DNA of 64,000 nucleotides from the human T2T-CHM13v2.0 reference genome, Homo sapiens. Both the position numbers and the translations under genes were made by a program. This document shows positions 20,342 through 37,349 of this stretch, one piece after another. The notes beneath the pieces are model-generated. The model ran no database searches. It saw nothing but the letters and a program-made list of their open reading frames with translations, and was not told the DNA's origin. The stretch lies in assembly GCF_009914755.1 (NCBI RefSeq), contig NC_060933.1. The stretch is one strand, 5' to 3'. Numbering within the stretch: the stretch's first letter is position 1; every line of letters begins with the position of its first letter.

Positions 20342-21294
20342 TGAAGGCCTACTTTCATGGGGAAATGATCTAGGAAAAAGAAAACAAAAAAATCTTCTTG
20401 CCAGTGAAAGGAGATAAGTTCTCAGCCTCAGTTTGGAGTCTGGGTGGCAAAAGAGAAAAATGTCTCTTCTGAGAAATTTTTATTCAAAAACTTGTCTTCA
20501 TACTGGTTTGGGATTTAATTTTAAATGTATTTGTATAGTCAAGGAAAACTTTAAGTGCATAAATTAAATGTCTTCTGATTATTAACAACGCAGGTGCTTG
20601 GATGAAACACAGGCAATCCTGTAAGAGGGACTGATCCTCGAAATATTTATTACTCACCATGAAGTTATACAGACACTAAGACCAAATGAACATGTAAACC
20701 ACACAATGAAGAGTCAACATAAACAACAAACAACAAAATGCAACCAGAAGGCATTTTAGACTTTATAATTTTCAGATATAGGATCAAAATATGTATAGGC
20801 TTAAATTCTTTAAGGAAACAAATAGGGTGTCAAATTGTGAGCAGGAATTGGGAGATGAACAAAATCAATCAGCAAGATTCTTAAAAAAATAAAAAATATA
20901 AATATAAACATTAGAATTATGGGATGAGCTAATATGCATGTTAATAGCCATAGCAATGCTATCAAACAAAGCCACTTCCTCCAAAAATGGGGTCTTTACT
21001 TGTTCGGTGCTGCAAAGGCAATACACAAAACTGAAGGTGAGCACCAAGCAGTGCAAGCTTTACTTGATGGCCGTGGACTTGAGAAGCAGAAGCATGGCTC
21101 ACAAATCACTTCTCGACTAATGAGAGGTGAGGAGGTTAAAATAAAATACAGGGTTTCTCTAATGAAGGGATTGGACATTAAAAGCAAGGGGAAGAATATT
21201 CATGCATTTTCCAGGAATGAGCAGCAACTTCACAGAACTCCTAGTGCCACCTTCCTTTTTGAACTTTTATGATTTCTGGTCAGCGTCATGATGA

Positions 21295-21930
<636 letters not shown>

Positions 21931-22796
21931 AGGAGTGCCATTTAGCATGGAAATGAGATTATAATGAAGCCTGAGGCTTTAGCTATCCTGGTTCTAACAA
22001 GTGTCAGTGGGTCTGGTTACAAAGGGAACTTCCTAGAGCAAGTGTCGTGTTTTTTAAAGATAAGCAGAGTTAGGGCAGTGTGGAAATTCAGCTATGTCAT
22101 GGCAGCATGCTACCACTTAACAGTAATATCTGAAAAATTAGTAACATGGAAATTTTTTGTACATTTTAGACAGATCATATAAAAATACAAAGAAATAATA
22201 TACGTGATAAATATCAAGTTACATATAAAGTAGAATAAAAATGGCTAAATTATACTGGTTACTTTTTATTTCATGAGTTGAACTCAACAGGATATAAGGA
22301 TTGAGCATCTGCCTTTATATGCATATAGTCCAATTCAAACACAAACTGTGCAGTGGAATAACAAGGAGAAATTGACAAATTTGACAAATCTATCCATGAT
22401 GGTAGATATCAATGTATCTCCCTCATGAATAAAGAGTTTAATTAGACATAATGTAAAGAAGAATACAAGTAATTTAAGGAACATAATGAATAAGACTGAT
22501 ATAATAAACATGCACAGAACTCTGAACCTCCAAGTCAGTGACTACTCATTTTTCACAAGTACACATGGACAGTTCATTAAAATTGAGCATTCACTGGCTA
22601 AAGAGCAAGACTCTTGTCTACAATACAATTAAATTAGTAATCAATCAACAAAATCAAAATCCTAATTTTTTTACATTTTAAATATATGTATAAATAACTA
22701 ATGGATCAAGAAGAAATAAAAAATTTAAACACAAAACCTGTAACTTAGAACTTATACATCAACTGAAGGAGAAATACAAAGTTAAAATAAACAATA

Positions 22797-23483
<687 letters not shown>

Positions 23484-24272
23484 CAATAATAATTTAAAAT
23501 AGAGTTAGTTGTTAAAAATAGAGCCACAAGATACACACCAGAGCCATGTGATCTTATACCCAAATAACAGTGTTCAAGAAATAGTAAATTTTCATCTTTT
23601 AATAAATTAGAAAAAGACTCCTCGATTTGAGAAGCTAGCATACCATTGATAACAAAACAAATCGTAGAATGGTAAAGTAAAATTAGAGAACATTTCCAGT
23701 TAGGAATATGGATATAAATACCCTGTGTACCACAAAATATTAAAGAAAGCATCCTGGTGGAGAAGGAAGGAGGGATGGATAGGTGGAGCATAAGGGACTT
23801 TGAAGGCAGCCATAATATTTTGTCTGATACTGCAATAGTGGATACATGACATTATAAATTTGTCAACACCCATAAAATTCTATAACACAGACTGAACCCT
23901 AAAGTATGGATTTCAGTTAATAATAGTGTATCAATGTTGGTTCATCAATTGTAACACATGCATCACCCTAACGCAAAGTGTTATAGAAAATACAAATTAT
24001 AGAGAAACGGGGAAGAAGGGAGGTATATATACTCTTTGTACTTTCTCTTCAAATTTTTTAAAACGTGAAACTACTCTAAAAAATAATGTCTATTAAAAAT
24101 TATGATCAATTTCAGTTTATCCTAGGAAAGCAAGGATAAGTTAATAAGTATACATATATACATATATATAAATTTAATAATCTATACTAACAAATCATTA
24201 CAGAAAATCATACGCATTTTAGTAGACACCAAACTAACTTGTAATTCATAAAAGAATGTCTGAGTAACCTGT

Positions 24273-24590
<318 letters not shown>

Positions 24591-24979
24591 CTAACAGTAC
24601 AAGTAAAGTTATTACCAGAAATATACAGAAAGCATCAAGGTGAAATATAAGAATTATTCCATTTGAAAGGGGTATGATATGCACAAAGATGAAAATTGAG
24701 CTCCTATAAAATAACATAAGGATTTGAAATAAAGACACAAAACTTACTGTTTAGAGTTAGTATCATTGACTATAAAAACCAAGACAATCTTAATTATAAC
24801 AATGAGGAAGATAATAGAAATTCAGAATATCAAAAATATTTTTATGTAGAAATAAAAACAAAACATTTAATTTTAGAAATATATTATTTAATGCATTTTT
24901 GTTACATGTGTAGTGATAAAATAATAAAATAAATTTAGAAAGAAATATATTATTTAATAAGATATAAAAATCTGAGGAC

Positions 24980-25210
24980 CAATACAGTATTGTGGTTAAA
25001 ACCATGGATTTTGACAGGAACTCCTTTGGTTAAAATTGTGACTCATCACTAAGAGTATAATGGTGAATAAGTTACTTAACGTTCCTTTGCACCCCTTTTC
25101 TTATCTAAAACAAATATGAAAGGGATCTGACTCATAGCAGCGTTCTGAGTAATATAACAGACATACATAAAACCACTAAAACAATGCTTGGCACATAGTT
25201 AATGATTATT
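24980..25210 (-). mobile_element. MIR fragment
   Basis: AAGTTACTTAAC...CAATGCTTGGCACATAGT. Confidence 0.6.
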
Positions 25211-25458
25211 CACTACCATTATTACCATCGTTGTCATTTTATTATGCAATTTAATGTTTGTTCTTCGGTAAGCAATGAATAAGAAATATTAAAAGGTAGA
25301 AGCGTGTATAGGTGGGATACGTATCAACATACATATGTATAGGCGTGTATACATATCAACTACATAGAGGGTTCAAATCAGGTGAAATTACCTGCATGAA
25401 TCAACTCTATTCTGGTATCCATATTCAGTAAAAAGCTATCTTTGAAATTGTGACTAAC

Positions 25459-25676
25459 CTCTGAAAACAACAATGGCCCATTTGATCCTTTCCTCGTGTA
25501 TGGTAAAATCTTGACCACGTGGAAAACACATTCTCCTAACTTCCCTTGATGTTGGAGACCATCAGGCAAATTACAATAATTCAGAATATCATACTATGCA
25601 ACAGAGTTCCTATTCTAATCTGGGTACCTGATCATCAGCACTGGTCATAAATTCCGTGGTCCTTAAGAGAGTAAAG
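25459..25676 (-). pseudogene. V2R exon 4
   Basis: Acceptor CCCTTTTAG|, donor GAG|GTTAGT; FMTSADDQV, YDILNY.NLPDGLQHQGKLGE, GQDFTIHEERIKWA. Confidence 0.85.
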
Positions 25677-25756
25677 CTAAAAGGGATGCATCAGGGAGTA
25701 ATAAAAACAAATGCATTATGCTATGAAACGTTAACTGAAGCATTGTTCCTCCCTGA

Positions 25757-26191
<435 letters not shown>

Positions 26192-26713
26192 TGAATATGA
26201 GTTTTTCTCATACATAAAATAGAAATAGCAATTCATATCTCTTAATGTTATTTTGAATTAAAAGAAAAAATATAATCACCATTTATGCTGAACACAAAGT
26301 AAGGGCTCAAAACTAATTTCTTTTCCCCAGTCATTTCTAGACAGTTAATATCATAGATCAAAAAATTTAAATCAGATTGAAAATGAGTATTGGAAATACG
26401 GGACAAACATTTAATCTTAGAACAAATATGACAAAGTTTCTTCTAGCCAGAGATATCTATGTGACGATCATTTATACACACACATACACACACACACACA
26501 CATATCAAAACTGAAAACTCTCCGGACTATATATGGTTTCTCATTGTAAAAGCAAGTAGACATATTCATTTTCAGAATTTATATTCAGAATGTAAAATTT
26601 CAATGTGTTTTGCCTGCGTTATTATGCAGGTTTTGAGAAAATCTCATTTATGACTATATGTTTCAAGAATCGATGGGCTCCAGGGCCGACAATGCCCTAG
26701 CGGAAATCATTAC

Positions 26714-27819
26714 CTGCCAGGGATGAAACAGCACTGCATCTACATTTTCCTCATATCCCACTGTATTTCTAAAAGCAGCACTTAGCATAGGGCATTGGCT
26801 GCACACGCAGCATCATAGATGGTCTTAATGAAATCAGATGCAATCCAGTCAAAGCAACGCAAAGGCACAGGACCCAAGAAAGCATTTCGTGGGCAACCTC
26901 CTAGGGTTTCACAGCCAGAATCAGAAAGGAAGCAATCCAAGGAAAAAAGCCACGGTTTATTATGGAAAATGTGTTCTGGGTGTGCGGAAGGGCTGTCTGA
27001 ACAAAATGCTGGAAGCCAGGCATCTCACTGTTCTGCTTTGAAAAAGTGAGAGTCCCATGGAATGGATTAAGTATGAAACTTCCCCCATGTGTGATAAAGT
27101 CCCACTGGGAGGTGGTAACACACGCTTTCCACGTTTTCAAAGTATTCCATCCCAGAACGTCAGGAGGATTAGGGGGTCTGTGTTACCACAGACAGCAGTC
27201 ACATTTGTTGATGGATCTTCAGTCTTGGCCAATGTTATCCTGCCTGCTGATGGCAGAACACCCTCCAAGACAGTTTCTTTGTAAAGCCTGAATAGATGCC
27301 TTCCCTGGCCACTTCTCTCAGTTCCTAGAAAAAATGCCCACTTTTTTTTTTTTTCTTTTTTTTTTGAGACGGAGTCTAGCTGTGTCGCCCAGGCTGGAGT
27401 GCAGAGGTGCAATCTCGGCTCACAGCAACCTCTGCCTCCCGGGTTAAAGCGATTCTCCCGCCTCAGCCTCCTGAGTAGCTGGGATTACAGGCATGCACCG
27501 CCATACCCAGCTAATTTTTCTATTTTTAGTAGAGACGGGGTTTCTCCATGTTGGTCAGGCTGGTCTCCAACTCCCGACTTCAGGTGATCCACCAGCCTTG
27601 GCCCTCCAAAGAGCTGGGATTACAGGCGTGAGCCACCGTGCCTGGCCGAAAATGCCCACCTTTTATGTCATCCGAGACAAGCAGCCCTACCAGATCTAGC
27701 TAAAATGCTGCAACAGCTTCACCATGCCAAGAGGCAAAGATGATTCCTTGGGACCATCTGATACAGAGATGGAAACTGTCCTTCATCATTAGGCAAAGGA
27801 TCAAATGGACATAACTAAT
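26714..27819 (-). pseudogene. V2R exon 3, split by an Alu
   Basis: Acceptor CCTCTAAG|ATTAGTTAT; PFDPL, QFPSLYQM, LGMVKLLQHF, GLLVSDD, TTSQWDF, FHGTLTF, EMPGF, FHPWQ|GTAATG donor. Confidence 0.9.
27342..27647 (-). mobile_element. AluSp-type inside V2R exon 3
   Basis: TSD AAAATGCCCAC; TTGGTCAGGCTGGTCTC and CCCGAC diagnostics. Confidence 0.92.
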
Positions 27820-28356
27820 CTTAGAGGAAAAGGAAAAACAATATCCATTTATATTCAGAAGTGATTTGAGGGAGAAGGGCACAATCAAACACAATACATC
27901 AGGCACTTCACTTTCTACTCCTAGAAGAAATTCAAAGCTAGCAAGTAAATTACTAGAGAAATTGATGAACGTGTGTAAAGGCAAAATGCTCAGAGTTTTT
28001 CTTAACAAGAGTTAAAATTGTACTCAACTCATTCATGAGAAAACCATCCTGAAGACAAAAGTCCTGATTTGTAGACCATTTGAAGAGCAAGGTTTCATAT
28101 AGCCATTGGCAAACAGGTAAGCTATAATAAAATTTCTAAGAAACATACAAAATTGGTTAATATTATCCAGGGTAATAAAATTGTAAACAAAGTTTCTTCT
28201 CTGCCAGCCTCCCTTCCCCTCCCCAAAATCTCAGTTTACCAAATCTCCCTATAAGCTAATCTGTGGGTTTACAGGGCTATAAAAATTCCAATTTTGACTA
28301 TTAGTCAAGGATACGATTCTGGAGAGAGTCAGAGGATGGTCAAAAATTCTTCGCAA

Positions 28357-28652
<296 letters not shown>

Positions 28653-29063
28653 TTCTTTGGAGATATAGCAGTTAGATAATAACAGCATGATAGTAAAGAA
28701 TAAAGCAATTATTATTTCACCATTTTGAAGCTGAAGATACTACATTCTCTTTTGGAAAGGGGAAGATTTACTTGTTGATTTTTTTTTAATGTATCATCTT
28801 CCCTCTGGGAAAAATTAATCTGGAAAGTAAGTGTTCAGATATAGAGTTCCCAGAGCTGGCCTGGCTGTGCCAGCCAGGGATGCCTCACTGCTGCCTATCT
28901 CATTCTGCCTCCTTCTTACCCTAAATAAACACTGGCAGTGCAAGGACTTTCTGTCACCTTTGGGGGCATCAAAGACTGTTCTGAGCCACCTTTTGTTGAC
29001 ATGCCTTGTAATAACAGCAAAGGACATTCAATGTCATCTCTGACCCACCCCATCCTGTCTCAC

Positions 29064-29345
29064 CTGTGGTAGTTTGTAGATTTCCATCAACATCTCCAAC
29101 TGAAAAACAAATGCTGATATAGTTCCTTCAATCGCTGCTATGGATTTGCTCTGCCTCTCACATGTATAATTGGGAAGGTTCTCGGCCCCTCCTGACAGCC
29201 AAAACAGAGGGCCCTCCAAAGTCCTCTGATTAATGTGGTAGGTATTGTAGACGTGATACCCCAAAGACATGTAGAGTAAGAGCAGCGGGCCCCTGTTGAT
29301 GTCCTCGATGGCAAAAACGAACACGAAAAGAGTCAAAATGCATGT
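29064..29345 (-). pseudogene. V2R exon 2
   Basis: FVFAIEDINRGPLLL...SLGYHVY...WLSG...LPNYTC...IYKLPQ then donor CAG|GTGAGA; acceptor position uncertain. Confidence 0.9.
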
Positions 29346-30489
29346 TTAGAGGACAAACTCTCACACCTCCCACTCAAGGCCTCACAAAAGCCATCTCTAC
29401 CCTGACCTGAGCATGTGAAAATGAGGTACACGAGACTCAGAGCCGTGAATTAGCTGAGTACCAGAGGATAAATCAGTATGCAAAGAGAGTACAATTTAAG
29501 ACGCTGCAATTTAATGGTGAGTTGGGTTTCCAAAGGAGTCAGTAAGTGGCAGGACTTCAAGGGCGTTTATTCACTTTGTTTACCAAGAAACTAACGAGTG
29601 GCTGAAATTGAAACTAAAGTAGACAGTGGGCGTGGGATAAGAAAAGATATTGAGGATAAAAGATCAGGGTCCATATAAGAGGCCAGGCTGGACAAGGAAT
29701 CAGAGAGGGCAGGTAAGAAAGGAGAATGTATTTTGGAGGAAATGGCCTCACACATTGGGTTGCGGATGCTTACACATCATTTGGTTGTGCCTCTTGGGTG
29801 AGAAAAAATAAATCCAGGCTTTAGAGCCCTTAGAAAAGAGTGGGGGAAGCATGGCATTGTAATGATTCTGGGAGAAGCATAAAGAGGCCAACAATGACTA
29901 ATCACAAGCAAAGAAAATTCTAAAAGCATTGTGGCCTTTAAAAAAAAATTTATATCATCCAAATACCTCAAGCAATGCTGGCAAGAGCTAAATTCAATTT
30001 TCCTTCACTCTTTTTCTGACTTACAAGCAGCCTCATTTCATGTTGAAATGCCTCCCTTCCCCAAAGTTGCAGGATAAGCACAATCCCAACAAATGACCCA
30101 ATAGAACAAGGACTGCCTTCAGCTATGTTGTTCTTTCTAATTTTCAGTGGAAAAAGCAAATTCTTAAAGGTCTTCAAGAGGTAGAAGGGCTGTAGGAGGC
30201 ATTCGGGTATTATAATAATTGCAGATTCTATGGTAGCCTATGTATAATATTGTGTGTGATATTCTCAAGCCCACTGCTAAGTACGCATAAATATCCACAC
30301 TTCATATGTGGTAATATTTCCTGAAATAGGATAAATGCAAGATAAATTCTAAGCACAAATTTAAATGCACTTCTGACTTTAAAACTTGTTATCTCTTATA
30401 TATCCTTTGACCTCCTTAGAAATGACATTTAACTCCCTAAAAAAATACTAGAGCTTGTTAGTCAGGCAAACTACATTTACTAGACTTAC

Positions 30490-30805
<316 letters not shown>

Positions 30806-30892
30806 TAATAGCATGTCTCAAAATAGAATATTGGGCAGAGTGTTCATAGGGTTTCAGACACTCAGTGGAATGTTAAAATCACCCAGGGTCTA

Positions 30893-31186
<294 letters not shown>

Positions 31187-31880
31187 TTCACCCAGGGTCT
31201 TACAAGGAGCAGAACAAGTTGGGACTAATCAGAGTTTCTGATATAACAGCTGTGGACTGCAGGAGCTAGCTAAGTCTTAAAGCAAACCTTAATAAATCAG
31301 CTCTTAGTCCAATAAGTAAGTTGTTGAATTGGTTCAGCCTTTTTTTTTTCCAGGAGCAGTTATTCCCTGCAACAAGCAGTTTTTTTTTTTGACTTGTTCT
31401 CGGTGTTGTTCATCAAAAATAGGACAGTGTGCTTAATCTCAAGACTGTTTAGCACAGAGAGGGATAGAGTATGTTGGCCTCAAAAACTGTTGAACATTAT
31501 GACAGGAAACTATGCAGGTTTGTAGCATTATTGAACACAAGAACAATACATTATTTCCATATTTTTGGATTGACAATTGTTAAGGTCAGAAATGTTTGTT
31601 TACCCGTGGAATAGATCATTAGGATAGTGGCAAATGTTCATAGGCCATAGGACATGACAGACATTAGCCTAAACCTAAAAGAAACTAAACAAACTAAACT
31701 CTAACCAGTGAAAGATTTCCATTTAAAAACAAAGAAACTATTTTCATTTTAGTTCTCAAAAAATACTTAGAAAAGTAGAAATTACTGGAGTTTAGATGAC
31801 AATATATTGAAGCTCAAAACAAAAATAAAATTTAACTCCTAACATGCATACACACGCATGCACATAAAAAACTCACGTGT

Positions 31881-32249
<369 letters not shown>

Positions 32250-32694
32250 TCAGACCTGGTGGGTTATCTCCATGGCCTGTCCAAAATCCTTGGGGATTAT
32301 AATCCTATCCACCAAATTCTTCCTCTGTGTTGATTTAGATTTTCTAAAAAGAGAATGATACTTAAATTGATAACTATAATTTGGACAGATTAACATAGCA
32401 AAGTAAAATATTTTGAAAAATAATTGCTTAACCATAATCATTTTTTTAGTAATTTTATTTTGAAATTCTTGTGGACTCCTAAGTTTTCTCCATTGTCATC
32501 TTCTACATGACTGTAAACAAGGTGGAGGTGTTTGAGACATGGTAGGCCTTTCATTTTGTTTTTATTTTTGCTTTTTAGCAATTATGGTGATAAACTGCCT
32601 TGAATCCTTGGGCTGAAAAGCAAAATGTTTTGAGATGCTTAGAGTTTTAAGGAATTAGATCTGAATTTGAAGAAGGCATTATACCAATGCTCAC

Positions 32695-33461
<767 letters not shown>

Positions 33462-33648
33462 TCACTATTTCTTCAATGAGAGTACTAATCTTTGTGCTGG
33501 TAAAGAAAATAAAATATTTTCAAGCCAAAAGCATGAGATTGGGGAGAAATATAAATTTATACCAGAAATATATAGTAAATTTTTCTTACAAATTGATATT
33601 TAATAAAATTTGCATAGATTTTTATCTCCTATGTGTCAAATTTCATAA

Positions 33649-33978
<330 letters not shown>

Positions 33979-34550
33979 CATAAAGCATATTTTAAAAATA
34001 AGTGATTTTAATTAAAATAAGAAACTTGAATTCAGACCAGTATTTAAATCCAATCCCAGAAATGAACATTAGCTACCGAGAGGCAAAAATATTTAAGGAA
34101 TCAAATGGGCCTAGAAATATTTAGTGTTTTGCCTTGGATAACTGCATCATTTGCAATGAACCTTCAAAAATCATGTAGTAGGTAATCCTGGTTAACCTAA
34201 ATTAAATTGTACCCAGATTGATAGCACCTGCCCATTTTCTAGATAATGGCAGCCATCCACTGAGGAGAGGAACTGCCTACCATGACTGGGAAGAGTGAAT
34301 GAGAACTTTATTGTAAAAACTCAAAGTACCCAGTGAAGTTTGAGATAATATTTGAGTCATTCATTCATTCATTCATTCTTTTAACACATATCCAGCGTCT
34401 TGTATGCGCCCAGGCACACAATATTCTAGCAAGAAGTTTTATAAAAGTGAGTAAGATAGATTAAAAATTCCTGCTCTAGTTTTATTTGCAATGCATTTAG
34501 GGGAAACATTTTTTTAAAGTAAGGCACAGGTGAAAAATTCTGGGGAGATG

Positions 34551-34823
34551 GGCTGGGCACGGTGGCTCACGCCTGTAATCCCAGCACTTTGGGAGGCTGA
34601 GGAGGGCGGATCACAAGGTCAGGAGATCGAGACCATCCTGGCTAACATGGTGAAACCCTGTCTCTATTAAAAATATAAAAGAAGTTAGCCGGGCTTTGTG
34701 GCGGGCGCCTGTAGTCCCAGCTACTTGGGAGGCTGAGGCAGGAGTGAGTCGAGATCGCGTCACTGCACTCCAGCCTGGGCGACAGTGTGAGACTTTGTCT
34801 CAAAAAAAAAAAAAAAAAAAAAA
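34551..34823 (+). mobile_element. AluY with internal deletion in the right arm
   Basis: GAGGCAGGAG joined directly to TGAGTCGAGATCGCG. Confidence 0.9.
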
Positions 34824-35010
34824 GAGTGATGTGATTGGATCAGTTAGTGTGAGTGGAGGATGTAGAGACAGGAGGGTGAGAGGGGAACCTGTAGGAAGAG
34901 GATTCCTCTCACTCCCATCTGTGGCCAGAGCATCCCTGCCCCCACTCTGAGAGCACTCCCCCGCCTCTGCTTTGCTTCAGTCACTTGCATGGTTAGAAAC
35001 CGCATTTTAC

Positions 35011-35342
<332 letters not shown>

Positions 35343-35558
35343 CTAGGTCAAATGAGCATTCCATTTTCGTTTTTAAATGTCTAATGTTCTTTCATACAGC
35401 ACCCTTGGTAAATATTTTATAAAGAGGATTAGAATATGTATTGTTACTAAACAGACAATATGTAGTGGAGGAACACTCTTTCTCAATATTAGCTAATAAA
35501 TATGTATTTTTAATAAGCTGATTAAGGCTTTGTTAGTTTCTCAATGATAACATCGGGC

Positions 35559-35779
35559 CCATGGTTCTCAATCAGGGTATGATTTTGCCCCTCAGAGGAC
35601 ATTTTGCAATATCTGGAGGCATTTTCAGTTATTATAAGTGGGGCTGGGTGGATGCTGCTGGCATCTCATGGAGAGAGACCAGAGATGCTGTTAAACATCC
35701 TATAATGCACAGGACAGGCCCCCACAACACAGAATTATCCAGCCTAAAATGTCACTAGTGCTGAGGGTGAGAAACTCTG
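35559..35779 (+). mobile_element. MER20 (hAT-Charlie DNA transposon)
   Basis: CATGGTTCTCAA...GAGAAACTCTG termini; GATGCTGTTAAACATCCTATAATGCACAGGACAG. Confidence 0.88.
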
Positions 35780-35845
35780 GCACATCGATTCAGTGATGTT
35801 CTGGCAACAGCCAATAAAGTCAGCAATTAAAAATTTGTATTGTAG

Positions 35846-36134
35846 GGCCAGGCGCGGTGGCTCACGCCTCTAATCCCAGCACTTTGAGAGGCCAAGGTGG
35901 GCAGATCACGAGGTCAAGAGATGGAGACCATCCTGGCCAACATGGTGAAACCTGTCTCTACTAAAAATACAAAAATTAGCTGGGCATGGTGGCATGCGCC
36001 TGTAGTCATACTCGGGAGGCTGAGGCAGGAGAATATCTTGAACCCAGGCAGTGGAGGTTGTGGTGAGCCGAGATTGCACCACTGCACCCTAGCCTGGTGG
36101 CAGAGCGATACTCTGCCTCAAAAAAAAAAAAAAA
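35846..36134 (+). mobile_element. AluSc
   Basis: GGTCAAGAGATGGAGACCATCCTGGCCAAC. Confidence 0.9.
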
Positions 36135-36952
36135 TTCATTGTATGAATATTCAAAATTATACATGATTGTAATTATAATTGAGTCATGAAGGCTGAAAAT
36201 AAAGATAAATGAATCAAGCTTCATTTAAGTAGCAAAATGAAAGCCTCCCCATCCTCCATTATCGAACCAAGAGGAAGCATTTTACATTCCAATATTTTCA
36301 ATAAGAGTGTTTTATTTTTGGTCGTTCATGAATAGCAAATAATTGATCTTACAGTCGGCATTAAATAAAGAAAGTTGGTCAGAAAAGCAACCCACTTAAT
36401 CACCCTCGAACACAAATTTTGCAAATTGTCCAAGTCATTCAGGTAAAATATTTATTTTAATAAAATCTCTATTGTTTTCACTGGAACAAGACAAGCCTTT
36501 CTTTTTCTGGAAGCATCTACCCCTCTTTCAGATTATACATATTTTAAAATAAATGAAACAACGTGGTTGCTATCTCAGTAGCTTTGGATCATGTGCCTGG
36601 CACTCTGCATGCAGCAGTAACCTGTGTGGTTTCCTTGGGTAAAACTGAAAGCATATTTAATTTTTTAAAAGTTTCTTCTCTAATTTAAATCAAAATCTGC
36701 TTTTTCTATCAAACTTGTACATTTTACTGTACCATTTTTTTCTCAGCAAAGAATAGCTTTGATTCATGAATTTATCAGATTTATTGGAGATTTGGAGGGA
36801 CTTGATGGTCACAGTTTAGAAACAAGTCATAAAGCCCTTAGCGATCCCTAACTTAATATTCTATGCTGATGATTGCAGAATGTGTAATAATCAAAACGGT
36901 AAATAAACTTTAAGTTTTAAGCCTCTTGGGTTTGGGGTTTGTTTGTTGGTAT

Positions 36953-37340
36953 TGACAAAGATTGCTTGGTGAAACCTTAGTGAGTCAGCATCCTGAACCT
37001 TCTCCTAGGCCCATCTATGTAAGTCTTTGTAAAATCCAGTTTGAGCAAAAATCCCCGCTAAGTCAACTTAGCAAGCACCCCCATGCTGGATATCTGATCA
37101 TCCTCCATATGAAATCAGGGTCTGCATCTTCCACTGTCCCCCAGGTGAGGTCTGATCACCCCCATCTGGCTTCGGCAGATTTAACCAGAATCCCCCTCAC
37201 CCCTAATATTTCCTTCCTCTTAGTAACTTTTTATCCACTGACTCCCACACTGCTCCATAGCTACAAATTCCCACCTGCCCATGCTGTATTCAGGGTTAAG
37301 CTCAGTCTGTCTCCTCTCCTGCAATATTCTATTGCCTTGA
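36953..37340 (+). mobile_element. MER31-like ERV1 LTR fragment
   Basis: TGACAAAGA...CCTGAACCTTCTCCTAGGCCCATCT...GTAAAATCCAGTTT. Confidence 0.65.
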
Positions 37341-37349
37341 TGAATTTGT

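Noticed and set aside
20934-21272. 112-aa plus-strand ORF, or candidate V2R exon 5
   Set aside because: No cysteine-rich V2R motif on either strand and no recognisable homology; probably chance or old repeat
32250-32441. Minus-strand ORF with a hydrophobic N-terminus as candidate V2R exon 1
   Set aside because: Lacks the GDxxIGG-type motif and a good donor; fits decayed ERV gag at least as well
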